A DNA stretch of 64,000 nt from Candidatus Moraniibacteriota bacterium (lineage in GTDB: Bacteria > Patescibacteriota > Minisyncoccia > Moranbacterales > GWC2-37-73), in the NCBI GenBank assembly GCA_013336225.1, contig JAAXUC010000004.1, positions 32,421 through 96,420 of the forward strand, written 5' to 3'. The position numbers and the translations under genes are program-made. Under the pieces are notes generated by a model. It was not told the DNA's origin. It was given only the letters and a program-made list of their open reading frames with translations, and searched no databases. Shown piece after piece: positions 35,096 through 45,753 of the stretch; position 1 is the stretch's first letter; every line of letters begins with the position of its first letter.

Positions 35096-36511
35096 ATGCA
35101 GCGAACAAATATTGTCGACACACCTAAGTTTATTGGACAAACTGTCAAATTAGCAGGCTGGGTTCACATTCGTCGTGATCACGGAAAGTTGATCTTTGTG
35201 GATTTGCGCGATCGCAGTGGAATCATCCAAACCGTGATCATTCCTGATCACGTGGAAGCGCATGACAATGCTAAAAGACTGCGCAGTGAGTTTGTGATTG
35301 AAATGGAAGGATTGGTCAAAGAACGTCCCATGAGTGCTAAGAATGAAAAATCAGTCACTGGGGGAGTTGAGCTGGAAGTGACTTCAATCAACATTTTGAA
35401 TGAAGCAAAAAACACCCCATTTGAAATTTCCAAAGACACTAAGGAGGTTGATGAGAAATTGCGTTTGAAATATCGCTATCTCGATTTGCGCAGCGAACGA
35501 ATGCGAGATAATATTTTGACTCGCTATAATGTGATTAAATTCTTCCGAGATTTCTTGGGGGAGCAAGGTTTTATTGAAGTTGAAACTCCAATTTTGGGCA
35601 AAACCACTGCTGAAGGTTCAAGGGATTATGTGGTGCCATCACGAATTTATAAGGGAAAGTTTTATGCGCTTCCACAATCACCGCAACAATACAAACAATT
35701 GTTGATGGTGGCTGGAATTGAAAAATATTTTCAAATTGCCAGATGTTTTCGCGACGAAGACACTCGCGGTGATCGTCAACCAGAATTCACTCAATTGGAC
35801 ATGGAAATGAGTTTTGTGGAGCAAGAAGATGTGATGAATGTGGTGGAAGAAATGCTCATTAAGCTTGTGCAAACTCAATTTCCTGAAAAGAGAATTCAGT
35901 CCATTCCATTTCCACGCCTCACCTACAAGGAATCCATGGAAAAATATGGCAATGATAAACCAGATATTCGCGAAGACAAGAATGATCCAAATCTGCTCGC
36001 TTTTTGTTGGGTGGTGGACTTTCCGTTCTTTGAAAAAGATGAAGAATCTTCAACTGGTTGGACATTCACTCACAATCCTTTTTCTCGTCCAAAACCAGAA
36101 TTCATGGAGCAATTGATGAACAAAGAAAACATCGCTGAGATTTTGACCACACAATATGACATCGTGCTGAATGGTTATGAAGCTGGCGGGGGAAGCATTC
36201 GAAATCATGAGCCGAAAGCGCTGCGCAAGGTTTTGGAAATCATGGGAATTTCAGAAGAAAATGTGCAACGAGATTATGGACATATGTTGGAAGCTTTCAA
36301 ATATGGCGCTCCACCGCACGGAGGAATTGCGCCAGGAGTTGATCGCTTGGTGATGATTCTGCGCAATGAGCCAAACATTCGCGAAGTGATTGCTTTTGCA
36401 AAAACAGGGGAAGCTGAAGATCCGATGATGGAAGCTCCAAGTGTGCTGGATGAAAAACAACTCATTGAGGCTGGCATTAAAATTGTCACCAAAAAGAAAA
36501 AAGTTGTCTAA
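35096..36511 (+). CDS. aspS: Aspartate--tRNA ligase (bacterial type, short)
   Basis: RRDHG, RLKYRYLDLR, ALPQSPQ, CFRDED, RQPEFTQLD, GAPPHGG; 471 aa. Confidence 0.96.
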   Translation: MQRTNIVDTPKFIGQTVKLAGWVHIRRDHGKLIFVDLRDRSGIIQTVIIPDHVEAHDNAKRLRSEFVIEMEGLVKERPMSAKNEKSVTGGVELEVTSINILNEAKNTPFEISKDTKEVDEKLRLKYRYLDLRSERMRDNILTRYNVIKFFRDFLGEQGFIEVETPILGKTTAEGSRDYVVPSRIYKGKFYALPQSPQQYKQLLMVAGIEKYFQIARCFRDEDTRGDRQPEFTQLDMEMSFVEQEDVMNVVEEMLIKLVQTQFPEKRIQSIPFPRLTYKESMEKYGNDKPDIREDKNDPNLLAFCWVVDFPFFEKDEESSTGWTFTHNPFSRPKPEFMEQLMNKENIAEILTTQYDIVLNGYEAGGGSIRNHEPKALRKVLEIMGISEENVQRDYGHMLEAFKYGAPPHGGIAPGVDRLVMILRNEPNIREVIAFAKTGEAEDPMMEAPSVLDEKQLIEAGIKIVTKKKKVV

Positions 36512-36543
36512 CTCTTTGTTTCTCTAACAAAAAACAAATATAA

Positions 36544-36587
36544 ACCCCCGTTAAATGTTCGCAAAAAAGCGAATTTAACGGGGCAAG
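36544..36587. repeat. Palindromic element or terminator between aspS and MFS gene
   Basis: ccccgttaaat-g-ttcgc-aaaaaa-gcgaa-tttaacgggg; no T-tract. Confidence 0.5.
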
Positions 36588-36592
36588 AATCA

Positions 36593-37810
36593 ATGGCAAA
36601 TAAAAAACATAAAGAAAAGCTCAATGATGGAAAATTGAGATTGATAACCTTCATCTCTTTCCTACTTGGTTTTTCACAATCCTTATTGGTCTATGTTGAG
36701 TCGTCATATTTCAAATTGTCATTGGGTAGTGAAAATGTGAGTGTTTTTTATTTCCTAGCTTATAGTGTGGCACTGATAGGTCTTTTAAATATGCATAAGA
36801 TCATCAAATGGTTGGGGAAATCGACGACCTTCTTCCTGTTTTTTTTCCTGCAAATCTGCGCCATGGCGGTGCTGATTATGGTGCCACCATCAATTTTGGG
36901 AATATTTTTACTGATGATAAATATTGTCACAGCCTATTTGATGTATGTGATTTTGGATATCATCATGGAGTCATATTCTGAAGATAAGAAATCTGGCAGA
37001 ATCAGGGGATTGCACTTGATGATCATCAGTGCTGGTTTCATGTTGGGTCCGATTCTTTCCACGCGTATTTTGGAAAAATATGATTATTCTGGATTGTTCT
37101 TTTTATCAATGATCATCAGCATGTTGATTTTCATCATTGGTTTGGTTGGCTTGCGCGGTGGCAACAATAAATTCAATGGAAACATCACTATCAGGGATTT
37201 GGTGAAGAAGATTTTTGTGAATAAAAATCTGATGCGCATCTATTGGGTGTCTTTTGTGTTGGAATTTTTCTATGCCTTAATGACTGTCTATACACCACTT
37301 TACTTGCTTGATCTAGGAATGGATTGGGGAAAAATCGGAGTTATTTTCACTATCATGCTCATTCCGTTCATCGTGGTTAACTATCCAGTGGGATTAATTG
37401 CTGACAAAAAACTGGGTGAAAAGGAGATGATAATCTTCGCGTTATTTGTGATGGCTCTTTCAACTCTCAGTATTTTCTTTGTCACCACAACCTCGATTAT
37501 GGTTTGGGGATTCGTACTGTTCATGACCAGGGTTGGTGCGGCCATGATTGAAACTTTGCGCGATTCATATTTTTACAAAAGAATTGATGGCGACGATATG
37601 GATATCATCAGTTTTTTCAGAACCTCTCGAAGCGTGGCATATATCGCAGCCACAGCTGTTTCAGCCATGATTCTGGCAGTTTTTTCAATTAAAATTCTGT
37701 TTCTATTCCTCACTGTCGTGATTTTGCTGGCATTATATCCTGCTTTCATGTTGGTTGACAATAAAAGCGAGGCCGAGCTTAATTTAAAGAAGAAATATTT
37801 GCGGGCATAA
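36593..37810 (+). CDS. MFS transporter
   Basis: About 12 TM helices; GLIADKKLGEK loop motif. Confidence 0.85.
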   Translation: MANKKHKEKLNDGKLRLITFISFLLGFSQSLLVYVESSYFKLSLGSENVSVFYFLAYSVALIGLLNMHKIIKWLGKSTTFFLFFFLQICAMAVLIMVPPSILGIFLLMINIVTAYLMYVILDIIMESYSEDKKSGRIRGLHLMIISAGFMLGPILSTRILEKYDYSGLFFLSMIISMLIFIIGLVGLRGGNNKFNGNITIRDLVKKIFVNKNLMRIYWVSFVLEFFYALMTVYTPLYLLDLGMDWGKIGVIFTIMLIPFIVVNYPVGLIADKKLGEKEMIIFALFVMALSTLSIFFVTTTSIMVWGFVLFMTRVGAAMIETLRDSYFYKRIDGDDMDIISFFRTSRSVAYIAATAVSAMILAVFSIKILFLFLTVVILLALYPAFMLVDNKSEAELNLKKKYLRA

Positions 37811-37829
37811 GCTTGGATTTTTTCGGTTA

Positions 37830-38564
37830 TTGATTATTGAAATTATTATGGCCTATCACATTAAAATTGAACAATTTGAAGGGCCACTTGATTTGCTTTT
37901 GCAACTCACTGAGCAGGAAAAGTTGGACATCACTCGCGTGAGTTTGGCTAAAATCGCTGATCAGTATTTGGCATATATTTCCGAAACCAAGAATATTACC
38001 TTGGCGCATCTGGCTGATTTTTTAACTGTAGCTTCGCGTCTTATTTTGATCAAGTCCAAGGCATTGCTTCCAATGCTGGAATTCACCGAGGAAGAGGAAG
38101 AAGAAATCAAGGATTTGGAATATCAATTGGCTGAATACAAGAAATTCAAAGATGCTTCAGCAAAGTTGGCGCTTGTTTTTGATGCGCCGCAAATGAATTT
38201 TTCGCGCGAAGGATTTCTGGGTTTTGGCACAGTTTTCTATCCACCTGAAAAAATTGTAGCTGAGGATTTGCAAAAAGCTTTTGCGAAAGTTTTGGGTGAA
38301 ATTCCGGTGGTGGAAAAATTGGAAGAAGAAATGGTCAAGGAAATCCTGACTTTGGAGGACAAAATTTTGCATTTACAGGAGACATTGAGAGAAAAAGTGC
38401 AGACATCGTTTGCGGAATTGGTGGCCAATGCGAAAGATAAGGTTGAAGTGGTGGTTTCATTTTTGGCTATGCTGGAACTGGTCAAACAACGAATCATTCA
38501 TGTGGAGCAAGGTGAATTATTTTCGGAAATACGTTTGAAACATAAAGAAGTTAAAAATTTGTAA
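37830..38564 (+). CDS. scpA: Segregation and condensation protein A
   Basis: FEGPLDLLL, LILIKSKALLP, FLAMLEL; probable start ATG 37848. Confidence 0.95.
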   Translation: MIIEIIMAYHIKIEQFEGPLDLLLQLTEQEKLDITRVSLAKIADQYLAYISETKNITLAHLADFLTVASRLILIKSKALLPMLEFTEEEEEEIKDLEYQLAEYKKFKDASAKLALVFDAPQMNFSREGFLGFGTVFYPPEKIVAEDLQKAFAKVLGEIPVVEKLEEEMVKEILTLEDKILHLQETLREKVQTSFAELVANAKDKVEVVVSFLAMLELVKQRIIHVEQGELFSEIRLKHKEVKNL

Positions 38565-38585
38565 AGTTTTAAAGTTTATAAAGTT

Positions 38586-39134
38586 ATGGAAAAAGATAAA
38601 TTGATTTCAGCCATTGAGAGCGTGTTGTTTGTGAGTGGTGAGCCGATCAAAAAAGTCAAAATTGCAAATGTCACAGATGAGACATTGGAAGATGTTGAAT
38701 TGGCATTGGCGGAACTTTCAAAAAAATATGCTGATTGTCAAAGTGGATTGGCACTGCTTTCAAAGGGTGAGGAAGTGCAATTGGTGAGCAGAGCTGAAAA
38801 TGCTGAGTTTGTTGAAGGCTTGGTCAAAGGCGAGCTGCAAGATTCGCTTTCAAACGCGGCGATGGAAGTGGTTTCTATCATTGCTTATCGCGGTCCAATT
38901 TCAAAGACAGAAATTGAGGCAATCAGAGGCGTCAATTGTGCATATACGCTGAGGAATCTTTCATTGCGCGGACTCATTGAGCGCAATGATAATCCGAAAG
39001 ATTCACGAGGATATGTTTATGCGATTTCATTTGATTTCCTCAAAAAACTCGGAATAGATAATGTGAAAAATCTGCCAGAATATGGTATACTTTCAGTGGA
39101 TGAGAGAATTAATTCCATAATCGAAAAAGAGTAA
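38586..39134 (+). CDS. scpB: Segregation and condensation protein B
   Basis: IESVLFVSGEP, LSNAAMEVVSIIAYRGPI, IEAIRGVN. Confidence 0.95.
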   Translation: MEKDKLISAIESVLFVSGEPIKKVKIANVTDETLEDVELALAELSKKYADCQSGLALLSKGEEVQLVSRAENAEFVEGLVKGELQDSLSNAAMEVVSIIAYRGPISKTEIEAIRGVNCAYTLRNLSLRGLIERNDNPKDSRGYVYAISFDFLKKLGIDNVKNLPEYGILSVDERINSIIEKE

Positions 39135-40174
39135 TGAGTATAGGGGCAACCATTTTAATGATTGTGTTTTTTCCACTCAATTCTTTCTTGTTTTTGCATG
39201 AAAGCTGGATTGGTGGAAATCAAGTTCAGGCTGATTCTTCTGTTGGCAGTGAGAGCATTGTTGGATTGGTTAAAGGTGTGGAAATTCAAAAACAAATTGA
39301 GCTTCCCAAGCCAAAAGCTCAGGCTTCAGATGATCCTCAGTTTTTGCCGGCCAGAAAAAATGGAATCGATGATCTTGTCGTTTCAAATGCGCATGCCTCA
39401 GTGGTGATTGATGCTGACAGTGGAACAATCTTGCATTATGCTGACGGCCGCACTCATCGGCAGATAGCTTCTCTCACGAAGCTCATGACTGCAGTTTTGA
39501 CAATGGAAAAGGTGAAAGATCTCGATGAGGTTGTGACTATTGATGAAGAAGCTGTCTATGCGGAAGGCACGAAAATAGGTTGTCCACGCTCCGGTTATTG
39601 CATAAGTCCACGACTTAAGGTTGGAGAAAAAATTACTGTGAGAAGTTTGCTTCAAGCCATGCTTATGAATAGTGCCAATGATGCAGCAATTGCATTGGCA
39701 AATCATATGGCAGGTTCGCAAGATGCCTTTGCGAAAATGATGAACAAAAAAGCTGATGACCTGGGATTGGTTGATACGAATTTTTGCACATCATCAGGCC
39801 TTGATCTGGATGATGAGAATGCTGCGGCAGGATGTTATTCTTCAGCCTATGATATTGCTCGCATTGCAGCCTATTCACTGCGCTATGACACTATCTGGAA
39901 AATTGCGCGCTTGCCGAGCAACACGATCGTAACTTCCGTCGATGGAAAAATTGAACATACGATTTTGAACACTGATCAATTGCTTGATCAAATGCCAAAC
40001 ATTATTGGCGCAAAAACCGGCTTCACCCCATTGGCTGGATATTCATTGTTGATGGTGGTGGCTGATCCCAGCACGAAACACAGAATTGTCGGTGTGGTTC
40101 TGGATGATCCTCAGCGATGGCAGGACATCAAAACCATGGTCAGTTGGACTTTCAATTCATATACTTGGAACTAG
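39134..40174 (+). CDS. D-alanyl-D-alanine carboxypeptidase (peptidase S11)
   Basis: IASLTK (SxxK), SAN (SxN), KTG. Confidence 0.92.
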   Translation: MSIGATILMIVFFPLNSFLFLHESWIGGNQVQADSSVGSESIVGLVKGVEIQKQIELPKPKAQASDDPQFLPARKNGIDDLVVSNAHASVVIDADSGTILHYADGRTHRQIASLTKLMTAVLTMEKVKDLDEVVTIDEEAVYAEGTKIGCPRSGYCISPRLKVGEKITVRSLLQAMLMNSANDAAIALANHMAGSQDAFAKMMNKKADDLGLVDTNFCTSSGLDLDDENAAAGCYSSAYDIARIAAYSLRYDTIWKIARLPSNTIVTSVDGKIEHTILNTDQLLDQMPNIIGAKTGFTPLAGYSLLMVVADPSTKHRIVGVVLDDPQRWQDIKTMVSWTFNSYTWN

Positions 40175-40275
40175 CGCGCAAGTGTGAGTTGGGAAGTTTC
40201 TAAAGCAGCTGGAAAAGAATGTTTTGTGTGATACTGGAAGGCTGATAGTTTTATAAATTTATTAAACTTATTTTT

Positions 40276-41382
40276 ATGCAATTTGCTCAAATTCAAACAA
40301 TTCCGGAAGTTGTCAATGTGCTTAAAATTCTTGTCACAGGACTGGCTGCTTTTATTTTGGCTTTCGCAATCACGCCTCTTTGGACGCATCTGCTATATAA
40401 ATATAAGATTGGAATTAAAATTAAAAGCACTGATGTAAATGGTGAGCAATTAAATTTTGTCAACAAATTGCATGCTGTTAAAGCTGGAACACCAACTATG
40501 GGAGGTGTCATTATTTGGCTCCCAATTATTATTTTAGCCTTTGCTTCACATTTCTTGTTTCCACTGCTGGCAAATCTTTTTGGGATAGATTTTATTGCGC
40601 GACTTGATTTTCTGAGTCGCAAACAAGTGTGGTTGCCACTCTTTGCGCTTGCTGCGGCTGGAATTCTGGGTCTTTTTGATGATGTGATGAGTGTGCGCGG
40701 TTGGGGAAAAAATAAGGGTGGAGGAATGCGCTTTGCGATGCGTTTTGGCTGGCTCATTGCTATTGCCTCAGCAGGGGGATGGTGGTTTTTTTATAAGCTT
40801 GGATGGGATGTTTTACATATTCCTGCCATTGGTGACTTCTCAATTGGTTTTTGGTATATTCCGCTTTTCATTTTTGTAATTTTATTTGCAGCTGTTTCTT
40901 CAAACGAAACTGATGGTCTGGATGGCTTAAATGGAGGGGTGCTTCTATTTGCTTTCTTTTCTTTTGCAATCATTGCTTTTTTTGAAAATAAAATTGACTT
41001 GGCATCCTTTTGTAGTGCGGCTGCTGGTGCAATGCTGGCATTTCTTTGGTTCAATGTCTATCCGGCCAGATTTTTCATGGGGGACACGGGTGCCGTTTCA
41101 CTTGGCGCAACTCTAGGTGTTGTGGCAATGCTCACCAATTCAGCTGCCGTACTTTTTATCATTGTATTTTTCTATGTATTGGAATCTGGGAGTGTAGCGA
41201 TTCAATTGACCAGTAAGAAATTTTTTCACCGCAAGATTTTTTTGGCAGCGCCATTGCATCATCATTTTGAAGCTAAAGGTTGGCCGGAAACTAAGGTTAC
41301 AATGCGAGCTTGGATTTTTACGATGATTACTGCGCTTATAGGCGTGGTGGTTGCAATTTTTGGAATGGGGAGACATCAGTAA
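40276..41382 (+). CDS. mraY: Phospho-N-acetylmuramoyl-pentapeptide transferase
   Basis: KAGTPTMGG, DD, NETDGLDGL, FMGDTG, APLHHHFE. Confidence 0.95.
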   Translation: MQFAQIQTIPEVVNVLKILVTGLAAFILAFAITPLWTHLLYKYKIGIKIKSTDVNGEQLNFVNKLHAVKAGTPTMGGVIIWLPIIILAFASHFLFPLLANLFGIDFIARLDFLSRKQVWLPLFALAAAGILGLFDDVMSVRGWGKNKGGGMRFAMRFGWLIAIASAGGWWFFYKLGWDVLHIPAIGDFSIGFWYIPLFIFVILFAAVSSNETDGLDGLNGGVLLFAFFSFAIIAFFENKIDLASFCSAAAGAMLAFLWFNVYPARFFMGDTGAVSLGATLGVVAMLTNSAAVLFIIVFFYVLESGSVAIQLTSKKFFHRKIFLAAPLHHHFEAKGWPETKVTMRAWIFTMITALIGVVVAIFGMGRHQ

Positions 41383-41396
41383 TGCCGCACTGTGTG

Positions 41397-41545
41397 CGAA
41401 TTTACAATTTTTAATTTATAATTTTTAATCAATTTACAATTTTTAAATGCTCGAATTTTGAATATAATTTTTTTTATTGATGTCCAGTTTAAAACTGATG
41501 ATATTATGGGGAATATTTCAAATTTCAAATTTAAAATTTAAAATT
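41397..41545. repeat. Family A-like heptamer element copy 4
   Basis: (aatttac/aattttt)n left arm and (atttcaa/atttaaa)n right arm around a different centre. Confidence 0.6.
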
Positions 41546-41554
41546 ATTTAGACT

Positions 41555-42613
41555 ATGGATGATATTCAAAAAGTTCAAGAAGGTGTTTTCTTGAATAAAA
41601 AAGTTCTGGTGCGAGCTGATTTCAATGTGGCGATTGTGAATGGAAAAGTGAAGGAGAAATTCAAGTTGGAGGCTTGCAAGAAGACAGTTGATTTTTTGTC
41701 AGCTCAAGATGGAGCAAAGATTGCGCTCATTTCACATCTTGGACGTCCTGAAGGGAAGGTGCTGAAAGAATTTTCTCTTGAACAACTCAAAGGTGAACTG
41801 GAAACTATTCTGGGCAGAAAAATTGTTTTTGTTGCTGATTGTATTGGAGGGGAAGTGAAAAAAGCTCTGGCAGCATTGAATTCAGGAGAGATTCTGCTGT
41901 TGGAAAACGTGCGTTTTCATGAAGGGGATGAAAAAAATGACAGTGAATTTTCTGCCAAACTAGCTGAAAACTTTGATGTATTTGTGAATGACGCTTTCAG
42001 TGTTTGTCATCGAAATCAAGCTTCTGTTACTGGCGTTGCAAAGTGCATCAATGGTTTTGCTGGTCTCTGGCTGCAGGAAGAACTGAAAAATCTCAACTGC
42101 GTTATCCATGAGCCGGAATATCCTGCCACTGCGATCATTGGAGGCGCAAAAATTGAAACAAAATTGCCATTGATACAAAGATTTGAAAAAATGTATACAA
42201 ATATTTTGGTTGGGGGTAGAGTTGCAAATGAGGCGATTGATCAAAAAACGGTGCTCTCTCCGAAAGTTATATTGCCATTTGATTTTGCTGATGATCGTTT
42301 GGATATTGGAGAAAAGACCATTCTGAGATTTAAGGAAATTATTGCTAATTCAAAAGTCATCATTTGGAATGGGCCGATGGGAAAATTTGAGCAACCCCCA
42401 TATGATCGTGGAACGCGTGAAATCTTGGATGCCATAATTGAAAGCGATGCCTTCACTCTTATTGGTGGTGGAGAGTCGGTGCAGGTGCTGGAAGAGCGAG
42501 GATTGATGGATAAAATATCCTTTGTTTCAACAGGTGGCGGTGCGATGTTGGAATATTTGAGTGGGAATGTGATGCCAGGAATTGAAGCTTTACGTGTTAA
42601 AGAAAAAAAGTGA
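41555..42613 (+). CDS. pgk: Phosphoglycerate kinase (short form)
   Basis: RADFNV, SHLGRP, LLENVRF, VNDAF, WNGPMG, VSTGGGA. Confidence 0.95.
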   Translation: MDDIQKVQEGVFLNKKVLVRADFNVAIVNGKVKEKFKLEACKKTVDFLSAQDGAKIALISHLGRPEGKVLKEFSLEQLKGELETILGRKIVFVADCIGGEVKKALAALNSGEILLLENVRFHEGDEKNDSEFSAKLAENFDVFVNDAFSVCHRNQASVTGVAKCINGFAGLWLQEELKNLNCVIHEPEYPATAIIGGAKIETKLPLIQRFEKMYTNILVGGRVANEAIDQKTVLSPKVILPFDFADDRLDIGEKTILRFKEIIANSKVIIWNGPMGKFEQPPYDRGTREILDAIIESDAFTLIGGGESVQVLEERGLMDKISFVSTGGGAMLEYLSGNVMPGIEALRVKEKK

Positions 42614-42702
42614 TAAATTGATGCAATCCAGATAATTTCAATTTAGCTTCTGCTTCCAAATGTGGTATACTAAAATTGAACTTAACATTAAAATTGTGAA
42701 AT

Positions 42703-43323
42703 TTGAATTTAAATATGAATAGTCCTCAATTTAAAGGTGGAGGTGTTGCTATTTTCAACAAAAAAATAAACTTCAATGAATTTAGGGCTGTCGATGCACG
42801 TTCATTGCTTGGGCTGTATGTTTCGCAGACCTTGCTGTTCTTGGGAATTTTGTTGATATTGTTCAACAATGCGGACATTGTTGAACCAGGAAATTATCTG
42901 GGTTCATATGGTTGGCTCACTGTCACTGTTTTTTCAATCGGACTTCTGATTAATTTTGTTTCTATTCCGTTTTTATATTTTTCAAGCCTCAGTCATTTTA
43001 AAAGAGAAAATGAATTTTGGGATAAGGAGACTTTCTGGATTTTGCCGTTGTTCTTTTTTGGAACATTCTTTTTGTATAGCAGTCAGATTTACATGGCATT
43101 GATTTTGCTGGCGCTTTCAGTTTTAGTAATCATGATAATTCATGTGATATTCGTCATTGAGGCTCGTCAAATTGTCAGGAGAAATTCCGATCGCACACTT
43201 TCCAATTGTGGACAATATCTCATGACTTTGAAATATTTGAGCGCCTATTACTTTCTGTTGTTGGGACTGTTGATTTCGGTTAATCCGTTGGGATATTTTT
43301 TCAATTGGATTCATCTATATTAA
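42703..43323 (+). CDS. Membrane hypothetical protein
   Basis: About 5 hydrophobic segments; co-oriented between pgk and eno. Confidence 0.7.
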   Translation: MNLNMNSPQFKGGGVAIFNKKINFNEFRAVDARSLLGLYVSQTLLFLGILLILFNNADIVEPGNYLGSYGWLTVTVFSIGLLINFVSIPFLYFSSLSHFKRENEFWDKETFWILPLFFFGTFFLYSSQIYMALILLALSVLVIMIIHVIFVIEARQIVRRNSDRTLSNCGQYLMTLKYLSAYYFLLLGLLISVNPLGYFFNWIHLY

Positions 43324-43355
43324 TAAAAAAAATTAAAAATTAAAAAGAAAAAAAT

Positions 43356-44651
43356 ATGTTGAAAATTGCAAATATTGTTGCCAGGGAAATTTTGGATTCA
43401 CGTGGAAATCCCACCGTGGAAGTCGAAGTTTTCTTGAGTGGTGGAGAAAGTGCTGTGGCTGCTGTTCCATCTGGCGCCTCAACAGGTAAGTTCGAAGCAC
43501 TTGAACTCAGGGATGGCGACGCCACGCGCTATGGCGGACTTGGCGTGCTTCAGGCTGTGAAAAATGTGAACACAAAAATCAAGGATGCGCTTATTGGAAA
43601 AGATGCAAGCTCGCAAGCGGAAATTGATGAGATCATGTTGGAGCTTGATGGGACTGAGAATAAGTCAAATTTAGGAGCAAATGCAATCTTGGGTGTTTCA
43701 TTGGCAGTTTGTCGGGTTGTTGCTAAAGCAAAAAAAATTCCACTCTATCAATATATCAATGAAATCTCTGGATTGAAGGTGAAGCCTGCCATGCCAGTGC
43801 CAATGTTTAATGTGCTCAATGGGGGAATGCATAGCGACAGTGGACTTAGTATTCAAGAATTCAAGATGATTCCAACCGGAGTCAAAACATTTACTGAGCA
43901 GCTCAGAGCTGGCAGTGAGGTTTTCCATAAACTTAAAAAAATTCTGGAAGCTGGTCATCATAGCAGTGGTGTTGGAGATGAAGGAGGGTTTTCTCCGAAG
44001 CTTGAAAGTAATACGCGAGCTTTGGAATTAATCAATCAAGCTGTCACTGAAAGTGGCTATGAGCTTGGCACCCAAATCAATCTTGGAATTGATGCCGCAG
44101 CAAGCAATTTTTTCGTGGAAGAAGAAAATCATTATTTGGTCAAGCCTGAAGGAGTGCATTTGGAAAAAGAGCGCTTGATCAGCATGTATAAAGAATGGAT
44201 TGATAAATATCACGTGGTTTCAATTGAGGATGGATTGGCAGAAGATGATTGGGAGGGTTGGAGGATGCTGACTGAAAAAGTTGCTGGTAAAAAAATCCTC
44301 CCTGGAATTCCGAAAGATGTGTTGACTGAAAATTTATTGGTGGGAGATGATCTGTTGGTGACAAATGTGAAAAGAGTGGAGCGCGCCATCAAGGAAAAAG
44401 CTTGCAACACGGTGCTGATCAAAGTTAATCAAATCGGTAGTCTTTCTGAAACTCTTGATTGCATACGCTTGGCCAAGAAAAACAAGTTGAAGATCATGAT
44501 CTCTCATCGCTCCGGGGAAACCACTGATGATTTTATTGCTGATCTTGCTGCTGGAACTGCAGCTGAATTCATCAAATCAGGATCATTGTCACGCGGAGAA
44601 AGACTTTGCAAATATAATCGTTTGATGAAGATTGAGCAGGAAATAAAATAA
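43356..44651 (+). CDS. eno: Enolase
   Basis: DSRGNPTVE, VPSGASTG, GDEGG, VGDDL, KVNQIG, SHRSGET. Confidence 0.98.
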   Translation: MLKIANIVAREILDSRGNPTVEVEVFLSGGESAVAAVPSGASTGKFEALELRDGDATRYGGLGVLQAVKNVNTKIKDALIGKDASSQAEIDEIMLELDGTENKSNLGANAILGVSLAVCRVVAKAKKIPLYQYINEISGLKVKPAMPVPMFNVLNGGMHSDSGLSIQEFKMIPTGVKTFTEQLRAGSEVFHKLKKILEAGHHSSGVGDEGGFSPKLESNTRALELINQAVTESGYELGTQINLGIDAAASNFFVEEENHYLVKPEGVHLEKERLISMYKEWIDKYHVVSIEDGLAEDDWEGWRMLTEKVAGKKILPGIPKDVLTENLLVGDDLLVTNVKRVERAIKEKACNTVLIKVNQIGSLSETLDCIRLAKKNKLKIMISHRSGETTDDFIADLAAGTAAEFIKSGSLSRGERLCKYNRLMKIEQEIK

Positions 44652-44738
44652 AAAAAATCTACATTTGACAATTAACAATTGACCAGGGAAAAAATAGTCA
44701 AATATCAAAGGTTAAAGGTCACATGTTATCTCGAATAA

Positions 44739-45734
44739 ATGGCGAAAATACTCACAATTGGATCGGTTTGTAAGGATATGTTTTTTCCAACAAGTGAAGG
44801 CGTTGTCTTGGAGACGCCAAGGGATCTTGTTGCGCAAAAAAAAATCATGTTTGAATTGGGCGCAAAATATCATGTCGAACAGCGATATGAAGCTCTGGGT
44901 GGAATCTCTGTTAATGTGGCTGCTGGCTTAGTGAAGCTTGGAGAAAATGTTTCATGCTATACTAGAATAGGTGATGATGAAATTGGAAAATGGATTGTGC
45001 GGGAATTGAAAAAGATCGGCGTCAATCATAGTATGGATATTATTGAAAAAGATTGCCAAAGCGATCTCTCAACTATTTTGATTGACATGAAAAGTGCTGA
45101 TCGGGTTATTTTTTCCAATCAGATTGCGAATCAGAAACTCGTCATTGAAACTGAGAAGATTGGACATCATGACTGGATTTTCATTGGTGATTTGAGCGGT
45201 GCTTGGCAACAAAATATTGACACAGTGCTGGCTTTTGCGAAAAAACATAATATGCCGATAGTTTTCAATCCTCGCCAAAAAACAATTCATGATGATGTGA
45301 AGAAGATAATAGAAACAGTTTCCAAATGCGAGCTATTTTTTGCAAATAAAGATGAAGCAATTGAAATTATCAGCGGTTGTGATAAGCACGTGTTGCATGA
45401 ATTGCTGAATGAGGAAGAATATTTAGTTAAGACTTTGCATCAAATTGGGGCAAAGGTGGTGGCAATCACTGATGGAGCCAGGGGAGCATGGGCATATGAT
45501 GGCGTGGCTGTTTTGCATGTGAATGCTTTGATGCAGCAAGCAGTTGACACAACTGGAGCGGGAGACGCCTTTACTAGTGGATTTTTTGCAGCTCATCTCA
45601 AAGGGAAGAATCTGATGACAGCTTTGAAATGGGGAGTTGCAAATAGCAGCAGTTCGGTTACTGAGTATGGTGGGCAAAAAGGACTGCTGACTCAAGTGGA
45701 AATAGAATCAATGATATTGAAAAAGAAAATTTAG
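44739..45734 (+). CDS. PfkB-family carbohydrate kinase
   Basis: GG..NVA, IGDD..G, NKDEA, DTTGAGDAF. Confidence 0.92.
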   Translation: MAKILTIGSVCKDMFFPTSEGVVLETPRDLVAQKKIMFELGAKYHVEQRYEALGGISVNVAAGLVKLGENVSCYTRIGDDEIGKWIVRELKKIGVNHSMDIIEKDCQSDLSTILIDMKSADRVIFSNQIANQKLVIETEKIGHHDWIFIGDLSGAWQQNIDTVLAFAKKHNMPIVFNPRQKTIHDDVKKIIETVSKCELFFANKDEAIEIISGCDKHVLHELLNEEEYLVKTLHQIGAKVVAITDGARGAWAYDGVAVLHVNALMQQAVDTTGAGDAFTSGFFAAHLKGKNLMTALKWGVANSSSSVTEYGGQKGLLTQVEIESMILKKKI

Positions 45735-45753
45735 CATTATAATCTTTGTCGCT

